From positions 1,016-65,015 of the forward strand of contig MGJK01000020.1 in NCBI GenBank assembly GCA_001794215.1: a DNA stretch of 64,000 nucleotides, read 5' to 3'. Both the position numbers and the translations under genes were made by a program. Position 1 is the stretch's first letter. Each line of letters opens with the position of its first letter. Below the pieces are notes generated by a model. That model was not told where the DNA came from. It was given only the letters and a program-made list of their open reading frames with translations, and searched no databases. Shown here in pieces: positions 54,946 to 64,000 of the stretch. The stretch is from Candidatus Yanofskybacteria bacterium RIFCSPHIGHO2_01_FULL_44_24. Lineage in GTDB: Bacteria; Patescibacteriota; Minisyncoccia; 2-02-FULL-40-12; GWA2-44-9.

Positions 54946-56397
54946 CTAAAGCTCCTCCCATGATATCTGCTCGTACTGGCTTCCAGTCGGAAAACTCGGC
55001 GGAGGGGAGAAGAGAAGATTGGGATCATAGATGATATTCCTCTGCTGATAGCCGGTGCCGTCGGTATAGGAGAACCCATATTCATCAAAAGTGGCAAGAA
55101 TACCGTAAGTGGTGATAACGGCCCGAGTATGATACGGAGAGCATCTTGGCTGATTACCTTCCGGACCACGGTAATAATTCCTACCGATGCGCCTGTTCTG
55201 CGAAACAATAGCGGCATCAATCCGAAGATCGTCCTCGCTTACCCATCCAACGGTAAAATCTCCCTGAGCAATCAGCCCAATGACATCAGTCCCGTCATAA
55301 TTCGTGTACAGAAGATCTTTATTAACCATAATATCCTTCAGCTTGGAGGGATTCTCGGGCAGAAGACCGGCAGAAATTGTCAGGCGAGCGCCATCAATCT
55401 GGCCGTCGATCCAAAGATGATCCTCCACGAAAATAACCCGATTGGCCGGAAAGGCATAATTTTGAACGAAAACTTCCTGATCGATGCTCCAGCTCCCCCA
55501 ATCCTGCTGACCCTGAACATTTATACAGCCGTTCGGCGTATTAACGGTTTTTTTAACTTTATACAAATCGAAGGTGTCGTCAGTCTTTAAAACTATATGA
55601 TATCCTTCGAATCCCTGTCCGGAAGGACCGAAATAATGTCCGCCTGACTGGGCGTCGCCCTTGATTGCCGCGATACTTGAAGTAATCCCGGCAAAATCTA
55701 CAGCCGGAACGGGAAACTGCCTGCCGGCCATGAAAACATCGGGCCTGTCCGGCACGGCAGCCGGCGGCATCGGATCTGCCGGAGCAACATGCGTATGGAC
55801 GCCGAACTCTTCATTTCCGGAATGTTCGGGATCGTTATAGTCGGTTCTGGCGCTGGTAACTATGTTATGGGCAAGGCCGTCAAAATGAACTCCCCCGTTC
55901 GAATGAACCGGCCCGAAAACTTCCGTACCCGGCGGAAAATATATATCTGAATTAGATACAGCCGCATATTTCACGAACGATGAGCGTCCCATTTTTACCC
56001 TGACCGATCTCTCAATATCGGGGTTAGTTGTAATCTTACCGGTTGACTTTATTGTGACCACTGTTGATCCTTGAACCGGAGAAGTAATGTCGAGAATGAA
56101 TTGACCGATTACATTGCCGTCCTTGTCTTTATAGTCATGCACATACGGTCCGGTCTGGCCGGTGCCATCCTGAAAATCAGCCGGATCATGGGCAAGATGC
56201 CAGCGATAATATTCGGCGCCGGCTTCAGCGATCATAAGCGCCAAAGCCCCGTCATTGCTTCGATGGGAATTTTTTAGCTGAGCATCCACCCAGATAACCA
56301 ATCCGCCTAAAATGACTATGGCAATCGAGCTGAACAATAAAACCATCAGCGCAAGCTGACCTTTCTGTCCTTCTTTGCTTAAAAATTTATTCATCAT
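54946..56397 (-). CDS. Pilus-associated protein with a non-canonical pilin-like N-terminus
   Basis: KGQLALMVLLFSSIAIVILGG hydrophobic N-terminus lacking Glu5; its position is inside the pilin gene cluster. Confidence 0.4.
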   Translation of the reverse strand: MMNKFLSKEGQKGQLALMVLLFSSIAIVILGGLVIWVDAQLKNSHRSNDGALALMIAEAGAEYYRWHLAHDPADFQDGTGQTGPYVHDYKDKDGNVIGQFILDITSPVQGSTVVTIKSTGKITTNPDIERSVRVKMGRSSFVKYAAVSNSDIYFPPGTEVFGPVHSNGGVHFDGLAHNIVTSARTDYNDPEHSGNEEFGVHTHVAPADPMPPAAVPDRPDVFMAGRQFPVPAVDFAGITSSIAAIKGDAQSGGHYFGPSGQGFEGYHIVLKTDDTFDLYKVKKTVNTPNGCINVQGQQDWGSWSIDQEVFVQNYAFPANRVIFVEDHLWIDGQIDGARLTISAGLLPENPSKLKDIMVNKDLLYTNYDGTDVIGLIAQGDFTVGWVSEDDLRIDAAIVSQNRRIGRNYYRGPEGNQPRCSPYHTRAVITTYGILATFDEYGFSYTDGTGYQQRNIIYDPNLLFSPPPSFPTGSQYEQISWEEL

Positions 56398-56978
56398 AGA
56401 TTTCTTATATTAACCGAGGCTGATAAATTGATCTGGGATATCGTATCGGCCGGATTCTGATCAACGGTGATGTTTATTTTTATAAGCCGGACGAGAGGGA
56501 TATTAACGGGGAAATTCAGAGCCGCCTGGCTGCCCGTGTAGCTTGAGTCGTAGTAACTGAAAATATTGCCGGCCGAAGCTAAAACATTATGGACCGTCTC
56601 GTCTATGTCTTCATCGCCGGCAGGATATGCAAGCGGAGATCCGCTGGCCTTGGTCAATCCCCTTTTCAGGATATTGCCGTCTAAAAAGTACCTGATCTTT
56701 TCGGTTAAGCCGTCCCCGTCGATATCGCTGTAAAATGTGATTGAGTTCTGAGAAACAGATTCGATCGCATAAGCTCCGCTTACCGATTGGTTCATTGATT
56801 TCATCTCAGAAACCATTCCCCTCAAAGTAAGCTGTATTTCATACTGGCCGGTGACGCTTTCCCCGAGAAATATTCCAAAATCAGAAATATCCAGGCCGAA
56901 AGAACTTATCGTTAAAGCAAGCCCGGTAAAAATGGTGATGGCGATGATTATTTCTATTAATGTGAAGCCCTTGCTCAA
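56394..56978 (-). CDS. Pseudopilin/minor pilin (TTG start)
   Basis: MSKG|FTLIEIIIAITIFTG. Confidence 0.7.
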   Translation of the reverse strand: MSKGFTLIEIIIAITIFTGLALTISSFGLDISDFGIFLGESVTGQYEIQLTLRGMVSEMKSMNQSVSGAYAIESVSQNSITFYSDIDGDGLTEKIRYFLDGNILKRGLTKASGSPLAYPAGDEDIDETVHNVLASAGNIFSYYDSSYTGSQAALNFPVNIPLVRLIKINITVDQNPADTISQINLSASVNIRNL

Positions 56979-56979
56979 A

Positions 56980-57012
56980 GAATTATGAATTATGAATTAT
57001 GAATTATGAATT
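56980..57012. repeat. (GAATTAT)x4 heptamer tandem repeat upstream of the pseudopilin gene; a degenerate copy at 58803-58845
   Basis: gaattatgaattatgaattatgaattatgaatt. Confidence 0.8.
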
Positions 57013-57043
57013 TAAAATCCATAATTCATAAGCCCATAAATCG

Positions 57044-58813
57044 CTATGGCTGCAATACCGCCCTGTAATCTTCCCAGTTGGAATTAACTATCGCGTCCGT
57101 ATCGGTAAAAGTCTGATAGCCTCCCTTTTCAATGGTTACCGTGTAGGTGTCCTGGGTCAATCCGTCAAAATAAACCTGGCCATCCGGAATGCAGGATGAA
57201 TGAAAATCAACGGTCAGATCATCGAGGCTTGGCGTAACGGAGTCGTCAACGGTTTTTAAGAAAACTTTATAACGCAGATATCTGTTGCCGTCATGGCCGG
57301 AATATATATCCGTTCCGCTGACCGTATAAAAAGAACCGGGCGTTCCGTCAGGACCTATAAAATTCCAAGTACTGTTGTCGTTGTTGGCGGCTATCTGAAA
57401 AGAGAGGCTGTCAGGACCGGCCTGAGGCGGTTGAGAAACCGGATTCCAGCTTAAGCCGTAAAAGACCGTAACCGATGTTCCGAAATCAACAGTTGAAGAG
57501 ATCAATTCCTGGCTTGAAGTCGCATACTTTCCGTTTATCTGGCCTAAGACGAGCTGGCCGGCCGGATTATCGGTTTCAACGAGTCCGGTCTTGGAGGAAT
57601 ACTGGCCGCCCGACCAATCACTCTTGTTCAAAAATTTCTGGCCGGAATATTTAATCTGACTGAGGCCCGGCCTGGAAAGAGTCACCTTGGCGTCATTTAT
57701 CATCTGGCCGTTCTGATTCTTTACGGATATTAAAATCCCCGAAGGGTTCTTGGGAGCGGTTAACCAGGTAAACCCATAGCTGCCGTTAGGATCGACAACT
57801 ACCGGGGGCATCGGCGAAGATCCAGAAATTTCAAAATTCAAATCCTGATTTCGAAAATCATATGTATCGAACTCCAAATTATAGACGGCTCTGTTACCGC
57901 TAATGTCGGTGGCGTGGGCAACGGAATATTTTAAAATATCGGGATTGGTTCCGATAAGTTTGAATCCGTCCTGGATAAAATCCATGCCCGGAATCCCCGC
58001 ACAAAATTCATCCTGAGCCCTGAAATTAAGAGTACTGACCCGATCGATAACAAAACTTATCTGAGTAACCTGCTGGCTGACGACGGTGGCATGGGGCTTA
58101 AGGGGGTTGGGATTGGCTAAGTCTCCGGGATTATATGTCCTGTCGATAGAATATCCTGACTTAGAGACGGTGATCGCATATCCGACATTGCTGACCGGAA
58201 CATCAATTAACTTAAGCGTTCCGCTTATATCGGTAACGTCGCTTATATTAACGGCCGGACTGACATTATTATTAACAACCGAAACGCCGGCCCCTGCAAC
58301 GGGTTGGCCCGAGGCGTTTATTACCTGAATAAGAAGCGTTCCCCTGTTGGTGACGCTTTCAAGGCCCTGGGGAGCGACCGTGGTGGTTATTTTTGCCGGA
58401 ATATATCTTAAACAGGCCGGACAGCTTACCTCCACCTCAATCAATTTATAATCGGCCGGCGTGCTGTCGTTGGGGCTCCCGCCCTGAAGTCCGTCAAAAG
58501 GGTCGTCCACATTCCTTACCAAAGTTTTTACGACAAAATCCACTTCCCCTAAAACAATGTTCTTTTCGGCCACTAAAACTCCAGCCGGCAATCCGCCCTG
58601 GATGCCAACATCGCCATAGGACATGTTACGGATAATCTCCAATTCATTTTCAATGGCCGATAGAGCCGTCAAATTCAAATACGACGCCGAAAAAATATCC
58701 AGTATATTCGAGTAGGCAAGGTATATGGATACTGAGACAACGGCAAAAATGGCAACGGCTATCAAGGATTCGATCAGGGTAAACCCCCCGTTCTTCTTTG
58801 AATTATGAAGCAT
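57044..58813 (-). CDS. Large prepilin-type protein (589 aa; pilin N-terminus plus a large extracellular domain)
   Basis: NGG|FTLIESLIAVAIFAVVSV. Confidence 0.65.
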   Translation of the reverse strand: MLHNSKKNGGFTLIESLIAVAIFAVVSVSIYLAYSNILDIFSASYLNLTALSAIENELEIIRNMSYGDVGIQGGLPAGVLVAEKNIVLGEVDFVVKTLVRNVDDPFDGLQGGSPNDSTPADYKLIEVEVSCPACLRYIPAKITTTVAPQGLESVTNRGTLLIQVINASGQPVAGAGVSVVNNNVSPAVNISDVTDISGTLKLIDVPVSNVGYAITVSKSGYSIDRTYNPGDLANPNPLKPHATVVSQQVTQISFVIDRVSTLNFRAQDEFCAGIPGMDFIQDGFKLIGTNPDILKYSVAHATDISGNRAVYNLEFDTYDFRNQDLNFEISGSSPMPPVVVDPNGSYGFTWLTAPKNPSGILISVKNQNGQMINDAKVTLSRPGLSQIKYSGQKFLNKSDWSGGQYSSKTGLVETDNPAGQLVLGQINGKYATSSQELISSTVDFGTSVTVFYGLSWNPVSQPPQAGPDSLSFQIAANNDNSTWNFIGPDGTPGSFYTVSGTDIYSGHDGNRYLRYKVFLKTVDDSVTPSLDDLTVDFHSSCIPDGQVYFDGLTQDTYTVTIEKGGYQTFTDTDAIVNSNWEDYRAVLQP

Positions 58814-58874
58814 GAATCATGAATTATGAGAATTCATAATTATCCTGATTCCCGCCTCCTAACCCGCGGCCCTC

Positions 58875-59936
58875 CTACCGCCCCAATGTCTGAGTGATTT
58901 TATATATCGGAGTTATAATGGCTAAAGCCACGAAACTGACTATCAGGCCCATTATCAAAAGCATGATCGGCTCCAAAATATTGGACATGGCTTTAGTGGC
59001 CTCGTCGAGTTCTGATTCGTAAAAATCAGCCAAAAACAAGATTGACTCGTCTAACTTACCCGTATTCTCTCCGACAACAATCATCTGGGAGAAGATAGAC
59101 GGAAAAATTTTGGGATTATCAATAAAATACTTAGACATCTGATCTCCCTTGCGGACACCTTCGGCAACGCTTCTAACCTCTTTTCTGTAAACAAGGTTGG
59201 TCATGGTTGAACTTGTTATTTCAAGCGCCTCGACTATCTTGATGCCGGCCCGCAGAAGAAGGCCGACCGTCCTTGCTAAGCTTATAATATTGACTGTTTG
59301 TACCATATTCCCGACATAAGGAGTGGCCAAGAGAAGTTTGTGCCATTGAAAACGAACGACCGGAATTCTTAGAATAAGAAACAGAGCAATAAACAACGCG
59401 GCTATGCCGGCAAAAACCAAAGCGCCGTAGCTTATCATAAAGGTCGAAACGGCGACGAAAACAACCGTTACCATGGGAAGTTCGACGTTAATACTTTTAA
59501 GAATCGGGAGGATCTTCGGAAAAATTACAAAAGTCATCAAAGACGTGATGCCGATAGTCGCTACGAAAATCACGATCGGATAGATCATCGCTCCGCGCAC
59601 CTTCTTCTTGAGCTCATCCTTTTTCTTTAATTCTTCGGTCAGGTACTGAAGGTTTTCGGCCAATGTTCCACTGGTTTCGCCGACTCTTACAAGATTTATA
59701 AAAAAGTCGCCGAAAACGTTGCGGTATCGTTCCAGTCCCGAAGACAAAAAATGGCCGTTCTTAACGTCGCCGATAATCTGTTCCAATATTTTTTTAAAAG
59801 CCGCGGACTTGGTTTGCTTTTTTAGAATTTCGAGACTCTGAAGAATCTGCATGCCCGACTTAACCATGACCTCCATATGGCGGGAAAAGAGCATCTTTTC
59901 TTTAAGCGACAATCTAAAGAAAATATTTTCTAACAT
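58875..59936 (-). CDS. pilC: Type IV pilus / T2SS platform protein (PilC/GspF family)
   Basis: Two T2SSF repeats, three TM segments, and the conserved ...FPxLxxxMIxVGExTGxL motif (FPSIFSQMIVVGENTGKL). Confidence 0.85.
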   Translation of the reverse strand: MLENIFFRLSLKEKMLFSRHMEVMVKSGMQILQSLEILKKQTKSAAFKKILEQIIGDVKNGHFLSSGLERYRNVFGDFFINLVRVGETSGTLAENLQYLTEELKKKDELKKKVRGAMIYPIVIFVATIGITSLMTFVIFPKILPILKSINVELPMVTVVFVAVSTFMISYGALVFAGIAALFIALFLILRIPVVRFQWHKLLLATPYVGNMVQTVNIISLARTVGLLLRAGIKIVEALEITSSTMTNLVYRKEVRSVAEGVRKGDQMSKYFIDNPKIFPSIFSQMIVVGENTGKLDESILFLADFYESELDEATKAMSNILEPIMLLIMGLIVSFVALAIITPIYKITQTLGR

Positions 59937-59942
59937 GTGATT

Positions 59943-61691
59943 TTACTCTCGAACCACCCTCAGAATTTCTTCAATGGTCGTAAATCCGGCCAATGCTTTT
60001 TTAAAACCGTCTTCAAGCAACGGAACCATGCCGTTCTTTATGGCAATCTTCTTCACCTCGCCGGCATCGGCTCTGCGCATAATAGCTTCTCTGATAAAAT
60101 CGTTCATCTCTAAGACTTCGTATATACCCATACGGCTGAAATATCCGCTTTGATTGCAAACCGAACATCCTTTGCCGTAATAAAAATCTTTGTGATTATC
60201 CAGAACTTCCTTGGGAATGTACTCGGCTAAATTATTAAACTCGGCCTCGGTGATCCTCTTCTTTGTTTTGCACTTCTGGCAAATCATACGGACCAAACGC
60301 TGGCCGATGGCAACATTAATCGTGGAGGCAACCAAAAATGGTTCGACGCCCATATCCAACAATCTCGGTAAGGTAGTGGCGGCGTCGTTCGTATGAATAG
60401 TGGACAGGAGTTTATGTCCGGTTAAGGCGGCGTTAACGGCTATGCCCGCCGTTTCTTCGTCTCTAATTTCTCCGACCATGATCACGTTGGGATCCTGTCT
60501 GAGTATCGAACGAAGTCCGTTGGCAAAAGTAAGGCCGGTTCTTTGGTTGACTTGAATCTGATCAATGCCTTCAAGAGAATACTCGATCGGATCTTCAATG
60601 GTAATGATCGAAACTTCCCGAGTATTTATTTCCTTAAGGATGGTGTACAGGGTTGTCGTCTTGCCGGAACCGGTCGGTCCGGTGGCAAGGATCATGCCAT
60701 GGGGTTTGCTCGTCGCTTTCTTTATTTTTAGCTTATCGCTATCGGTAAGAGCCATATCGTCAAGCTTTGATATCTTGGTCTGCTCGGCCAATAAACGCAG
60801 CACGGCATTTTCACCATAAAAAGTAGGGATAATGGAAACACGAACGTCGAACTCAACGCGAGGCTCTTTGGTAGTCATCTTAAAACGTCCGTCTAAGGCA
60901 GCCTGGTGCTCATCGGTTCGTATTCCGCCGAGAACTTTTATCCTGGTGATAATTCCCGAATGTAATCCTTTGCTGAACTTAAATGAATCCTGGAGTATTC
61001 CATCAATTCTCAAGCGGGCAAGAAGACTTTCTCCGAAGGGTTCCAAGTGAATATCGGAAGCACGAGCCCAGAAAGCATACTCCATCATATCATCAACCAA
61101 ATTGATGATCGATATTTCGGTCTCGGGAGATTTAAGGGCCGCTTCAACCTTAGACTTGAATTTGTTGGCCAGCTCTATAGTAAGTTCAGCCCCAACCTCC
61201 GGCGCCTTGGATGTCGTCTTGGGTTGAACTATCTTCGGCGCCTCAACGCCGGATTCGTCGGGAACCTTGGATTTTCCAACAATGAGTTTATCTTTATTCT
61301 TTAGGGCATCTTTAACGCTCGCTATTATCTCCTCCGTGCTGGTAAAAGCTTTGATAAGGTAACCGTTAGCCCCAAGCTTCATAACCTGATCTATAACCTT
61401 GGGATCGTTTACACTGAACAGGGCAATGACCGGAAGAGATTTTTTATCATGCAACTTCCTGAGCCGACGAAGCAATTCGGTGCCGTCGATATCGCCCGAC
61501 AAAGAAATATCGAGCAGCACTAAACCTGGTTTTTCCTTTCCGATTATGCTGATCGCCCCTTCTGCGTCGTATATGCTTAGAGCGTTTAACCCTTCATTGC
61601 TCATCTTTTCTACCAACAACTCGGCCATGAAAAGATTGTCCTCGATGATGAGAATGCTTTCTTTGGGCTTAAGTGCTTTTTTTGCATCCAT
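59943..61691 (-). CDS. pilB: Response-regulator receiver domain fused to a PilB/GspE-type secretion ATPase
   Basis: N-terminal REC (ILIIEDN...VLLDISLSGDIDG...K). C-terminal Walker A ILATGPTGSGKTTTLY, Asp box, Walker B and tetracysteine motif. Confidence 0.85.
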   Translation of the reverse strand: MDAKKALKPKESILIIEDNLFMAELLVEKMSNEGLNALSIYDAEGAISIIGKEKPGLVLLDISLSGDIDGTELLRRLRKLHDKKSLPVIALFSVNDPKVIDQVMKLGANGYLIKAFTSTEEIIASVKDALKNKDKLIVGKSKVPDESGVEAPKIVQPKTTSKAPEVGAELTIELANKFKSKVEAALKSPETEISIINLVDDMMEYAFWARASDIHLEPFGESLLARLRIDGILQDSFKFSKGLHSGIITRIKVLGGIRTDEHQAALDGRFKMTTKEPRVEFDVRVSIIPTFYGENAVLRLLAEQTKISKLDDMALTDSDKLKIKKATSKPHGMILATGPTGSGKTTTLYTILKEINTREVSIITIEDPIEYSLEGIDQIQVNQRTGLTFANGLRSILRQDPNVIMVGEIRDEETAGIAVNAALTGHKLLSTIHTNDAATTLPRLLDMGVEPFLVASTINVAIGQRLVRMICQKCKTKKRITEAEFNNLAEYIPKEVLDNHKDFYYGKGCSVCNQSGYFSRMGIYEVLEMNDFIREAIMRRADAGEVKKIAIKNGMVPLLEDGFKKALAGFTTIEEILRVVRE

Positions 61692-61787
61692 TAACTGATA
61701 TTATACCACACAATAAGGGGCGCATAAAAACATTGATACCCACCCCTTTCCCTTTCCGATGAATTCTGATAAAATAACCCTTAACCG

Positions 61788-62315
61788 ATGCAAAAGCCCT
61801 TCCGCGTAAACAACCAGATAAGAATTCTCGAAGTAACCGTCATAGACGATCAGGGGAAACAGCTTGGAAAGATGCGGACTTTTGACGCCCTGCAGATGGC
61901 TAAAGAAAGAGGTCTTGATCTGGTAGAGGTCGGCCCCAATGTTCAGCCGCCTATTGCGAAAATCATGGATTATGGTAAATATATCTACCAGAAGGAACGC
62001 CAGGAGAAGAAGGCCAAGAACAAGCAAAAGGATCAAGAACTTAAGACCGTGAGGGTGGGATTCAAGACCGGGAATCATGACTTGAACTTTAAGGCCAGCC
62101 ATGTGAATGAGTTTTTGAAAGAAGGTCATATGGTAAAAATTGAGCTTACCCTGAGGGGACGCGAAAAGGCTCTGAGCCACATTGGACGAGAAAAACTTGA
62201 TAAATTCCTAAAAACTATCACCGAACCGCATATCATGGGCGACCCGCCCAAAAGATCCCCTTTTGGATGGATAGTAGTGATAAGAAAAGATGCTAAACTA
62301 AAAAATCAGAACTAA
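61788..62315 (+). CDS. infC: Translation initiation factor IF-3
   Basis: NNQIRILEVTVIDDQGKQLG...DLVEVGPNVQPPIAKIMDYGKY. Confidence 0.85.
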   Translation: MQKPFRVNNQIRILEVTVIDDQGKQLGKMRTFDALQMAKERGLDLVEVGPNVQPPIAKIMDYGKYIYQKERQEKKAKNKQKDQELKTVRVGFKTGNHDLNFKASHVNEFLKEGHMVKIELTLRGREKALSHIGREKLDKFLKTITEPHIMGDPPKRSPFGWIVVIRKDAKLKNQN

Positions 62316-62319
62316 AATC

Positions 62320-62514
62320 ATGGTTAAAACAAACAAATCACTGCACAAAAGAATCAAGATCACCGGAAGAAGCAAAATACTAAAACGACCGCCGGGCCAG
62401 AATCATTTTAACGCAAAAGATTCCGGAAATGCCACCCGCCAGAAAAAGGGCGATAAAACCGCACCCGGAGATCTTAATCGGACAGTGAAAGCATTGGTTA
62501 ACTTCCACTACTAA
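62320..62514 (+). CDS. rpmI: 50S ribosomal protein L35
   Basis: MVKTNKSLHKRIKITGRSKILKR. Confidence 0.9.
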   Translation: MVKTNKSLHKRIKITGRSKILKRPPGQNHFNAKDSGNATRQKKGDKTAPGDLNRTVKALVNFHY

Positions 62515-62515
62515 A

Positions 62516-62860
62516 ATGACCCGAGTCAAAAGAGGCGTACAAGCTAATCGAAGGAGAAAGAGGCTGCTGAAACATGCAAAGGGTTTTATGTGGACCCGCG
62601 ATTCCAAGTACCGCCAAGCCAAAGAAGCCCTTCTCCATGCCTGGTCATTCCAATTCGTAGGAAGAAAGAACAAGAAAAGAGACTTTCGAAGATTATGGCA
62701 GGTCAAGATAGGAGCCGCGGCCAAAGAAAACGGAATAAGCTACAGCAGACTGATCGACCGGCTTCATAAGGCCAAGATAGAGCTCGATAGGAAGATACTC
62801 GCCGATCTGGCGGAAAACCATCCGGAGACGTTTAAGAAAATAATCTCCCAGTCACAATAA
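62516..62860 (+). CDS. rplT: 50S ribosomal protein L20
   Basis: MTRVKRGVQANRRRKRLLKHAKGF. Confidence 0.9.
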   Translation: MTRVKRGVQANRRRKRLLKHAKGFMWTRDSKYRQAKEALLHAWSFQFVGRKNKKRDFRRLWQVKIGAAAKENGISYSRLIDRLHKAKIELDRKILADLAENHPETFKKIISQSQ

Positions 62861-62899
62861 ATCCCCGATCGGGGATTTATTGTGACTGGGAGAGTTCTT
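62856..62899. repeat. 44-bp perfect palindrome CCCAGTCACAATAAATCCCC|GATC|GGGGATTTATTGTGACTGGG that supplies the last codons and stops of both convergent ORFs
   Basis: Each arm encodes ...SQSQ* for rplT (+) and for the 62877-63131 ORF (-). It acts as a bidirectional terminator. Confidence 0.85.
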
Positions 62900-63131
62900 G
62901 CTCTAACTTTGTAATTTGATTCTGAAGATTTTCAGCTAAGTTCCGGTCTTCAATCGTCCAGTGGTTGCTCCATTGTTTCAACTCCTCAAGTCTATCTCTG
63001 TAGCCTTGAAGCATCTCGGCTTTTGAAACCTCTTTTTGGGATTCCTCAGCTGGTTGCCTCTGGCCAAGCATACGCTCAAATATATTCTTCCTCATATACT
63101 CCATTGTATCAAAATATTCACAAAAAGTCAA
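62877..63131 (-). CDS. small coiled-coil hypothetical protein
   Basis: ORF only, with charged heptad-like sequence. Confidence 0.3.
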   Translation of the reverse strand: MTFCEYFDTMEYMRKNIFERMLGQRQPAEESQKEVSKAEMLQGYRDRLEELKQWSNHWTIEDRNLAENLQNQITKLEQELSQSQ

Positions 63132-63216
63132 ATTTTAGCGAAAAAGTATTTTAAAAAATCCTCGATAATATAATTAGATAGATACTTCCTTGCTTTGCCC
63201 TCCATAGGCGGGCGGG

Positions 63217-63263
63217 CATTCTCCTTGGGTAGGGCCAATAGAGAACATTGGAAAACTTTAATG
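63217..63263. repeat. Direct repeat (~47 bp) copy 1: CATTCTCCTTGGGTAGGGCCAATAGAGAACATTGGAAAACTTT
   Basis: Matches 63869-63915 with 2 mismatches. Confidence 0.8.
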
Positions 63264-63344
63264 TCGAATATTTATAGATATTTTATCAAAAACCCAGATA
63301 TCTTGTCACTGGACTTTTAGATAAAATTATATATGATATGAGGG

Positions 63345-63758
63345 TTGTTCTCGTCTCGGGAGGCAAATGTGAGTAGATTTAGTCAGACATTGCAAAAGTT
63401 ATTTGATAATACAGAATTATTTACGAGATCTGAATGGGCTAGATTTCTGGGTATTCCAGAATCATCCATCTCCGAATGGCTGGAAGATAAATCGTTACCT
63501 CGTCCCGATCTAATTCGAATGACAATCGATCTTGTTGAAAATAGTGCCGAGGCCAAGAAAGAGTACCTAAATGAGTTCGAGGGCATGACTAATCTTCCAT
63601 CGGCAGAAATATCTCCATTATTTCATTTAATGGGCAATACCTTGAATGATTATATGAATGAGACTTTTATGGATCTCGGGCGGAGACTCAGAAATCTTTC
63701 GGTATCTCAGCAAATAAAAGTTTTAGAGAAAGGCTGTATAGGCCCGGTAACGTCTTAA
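63345..63758 (+). CDS. HTH (XRE-like) DNA-binding protein, hypothetical
   Basis: RSEWARFLGIPESSISEWLEDKSLP is helix-turn-helix-like. It is bracketed by 47-bp direct repeats. Confidence 0.4.
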   Translation: MFSSREANVSRFSQTLQKLFDNTELFTRSEWARFLGIPESSISEWLEDKSLPRPDLIRMTIDLVENSAEAKKEYLNEFEGMTNLPSAEISPLFHLMGNTLNDYMNETFMDLGRRLRNLSVSQQIKVLEKGCIGPVTS

Positions 63759-63868
63759 ATTCTAAGACGTTTTTTATTCTAGAGTTTTCCATTCCCCTTG
63801 GGGGTAAAACAAAGTCCATTTTTGGAAAACCAGAATAATCGAAGTAAAGGCTTACTTCCCTGGTCATT

Positions 63869-63915
63869 TCATGCTGACCATTCTCCTTGGGCAGGGCCAG
63901 TAGAGAACATTGGAA
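63869..63915. repeat. Direct repeat copy 2
   Basis: CATTCTCCTTGGGCAGGGCCAGTAGAGAACATTGGAAAACTTT. Confidence 0.8.
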
Positions 63916-64000
63916 AACTTTGTTACAGAATATCTACCAAAGCTTTATCAGTGAACCCTTGTTAATTCCCGATTCCTACGCATTCAGTCAATAATGATGG

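Noticed and set aside
54933-55220. 95-aa minus-strand ORF and other nested or antisense ORFs
   Set aside because: They are out-of-frame overlaps inside the larger, motif-supported pilus-cluster ORF. Other ORFs rejected on the same grounds are 1859-2140, 4419-4634, 9690-10166, 13030-13413, 19545-19934, 29076-29300, 30007-30225 and 39468-39971.

Overview
AT-rich chromosomal segment (visually about 40-45% GC) from a small-genome, probably uncultivated bacterium. Several traits fit Patescibacteria/CPR, but taxonomy is not asserted. These are: a ThrRS without the N-terminal TGS domain, no rplA after rplK, ThyX, frequent TTG starts, weak Shine-Dalgarno sequences and a monomeric PheRS. A beta-barrel OMP-like gene in a slightly GC-richer island is an oddity for that assignment. 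Most genes are housekeeping genes on the minus strand: glmS (partial; absent from the ORF track because it runs off the window edge), rpsP, rnc, nusB, rpmF, dnaE, thrS, miaA, gatB, thyX, tmk, rplK, nusG, secE, pyrH, gyrB, pheS, guaB, glyQS, recO, ileS, argS, mpg, htrA, smpB, ssrA (tmRNA), ppk2, rluA, and infC-rpmI-rplT. There is also a block of large secreted/surface proteins (PKD, SdrD-like, Pro-rich lipoprotein) and a type IV pilus-like cluster (REC-PilB fusion ATPase, PilC, several prepilin-type proteins). The most notable finds are listed here. (1) A tRNA-Asp(GUC) gene split by a ~206-nt group I intron of the Azoarcus-like IC3 type, with a free-standing double-motif LAGLIDADG endonuclease ORF abutting and overlapping the tRNA 5' end. 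(2) A two-gene AbiEii-type nucleotidyltransferase cassette, with its own leaderless promoter, inserted at the 3' end of glyQS and flanked by an 82-bp duplication. (3) An IleRS carrying an in-frame insert of about 190 aa with the hallmarks of a histidine-phosphatase (PGAM-like) domain. (4) A PheS fused to a C-terminal FDX-ACB anticodon-binding domain with no pheT nearby (mitochondrial-type monomeric PheRS). (5) A one-piece tmRNA with promoter and tag AKNSPNYAFA, which a spurious ORF in the track overlaps. (6) Several families of unusual repeats: a GC-rich unit of about 34 nt forming nested perfect inverted repeats downstream of rplK and downstream of ileS; very long perfect palindromes (36-50 bp) flanking single genes; an RPE-like palindromic in-frame insertion in rluA; and AT-rich heptamer tandem repeats, both between genes and as in-frame inserts in miaA, ileS and mpg. 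No CRISPR array, rRNA or IS transposase was seen.
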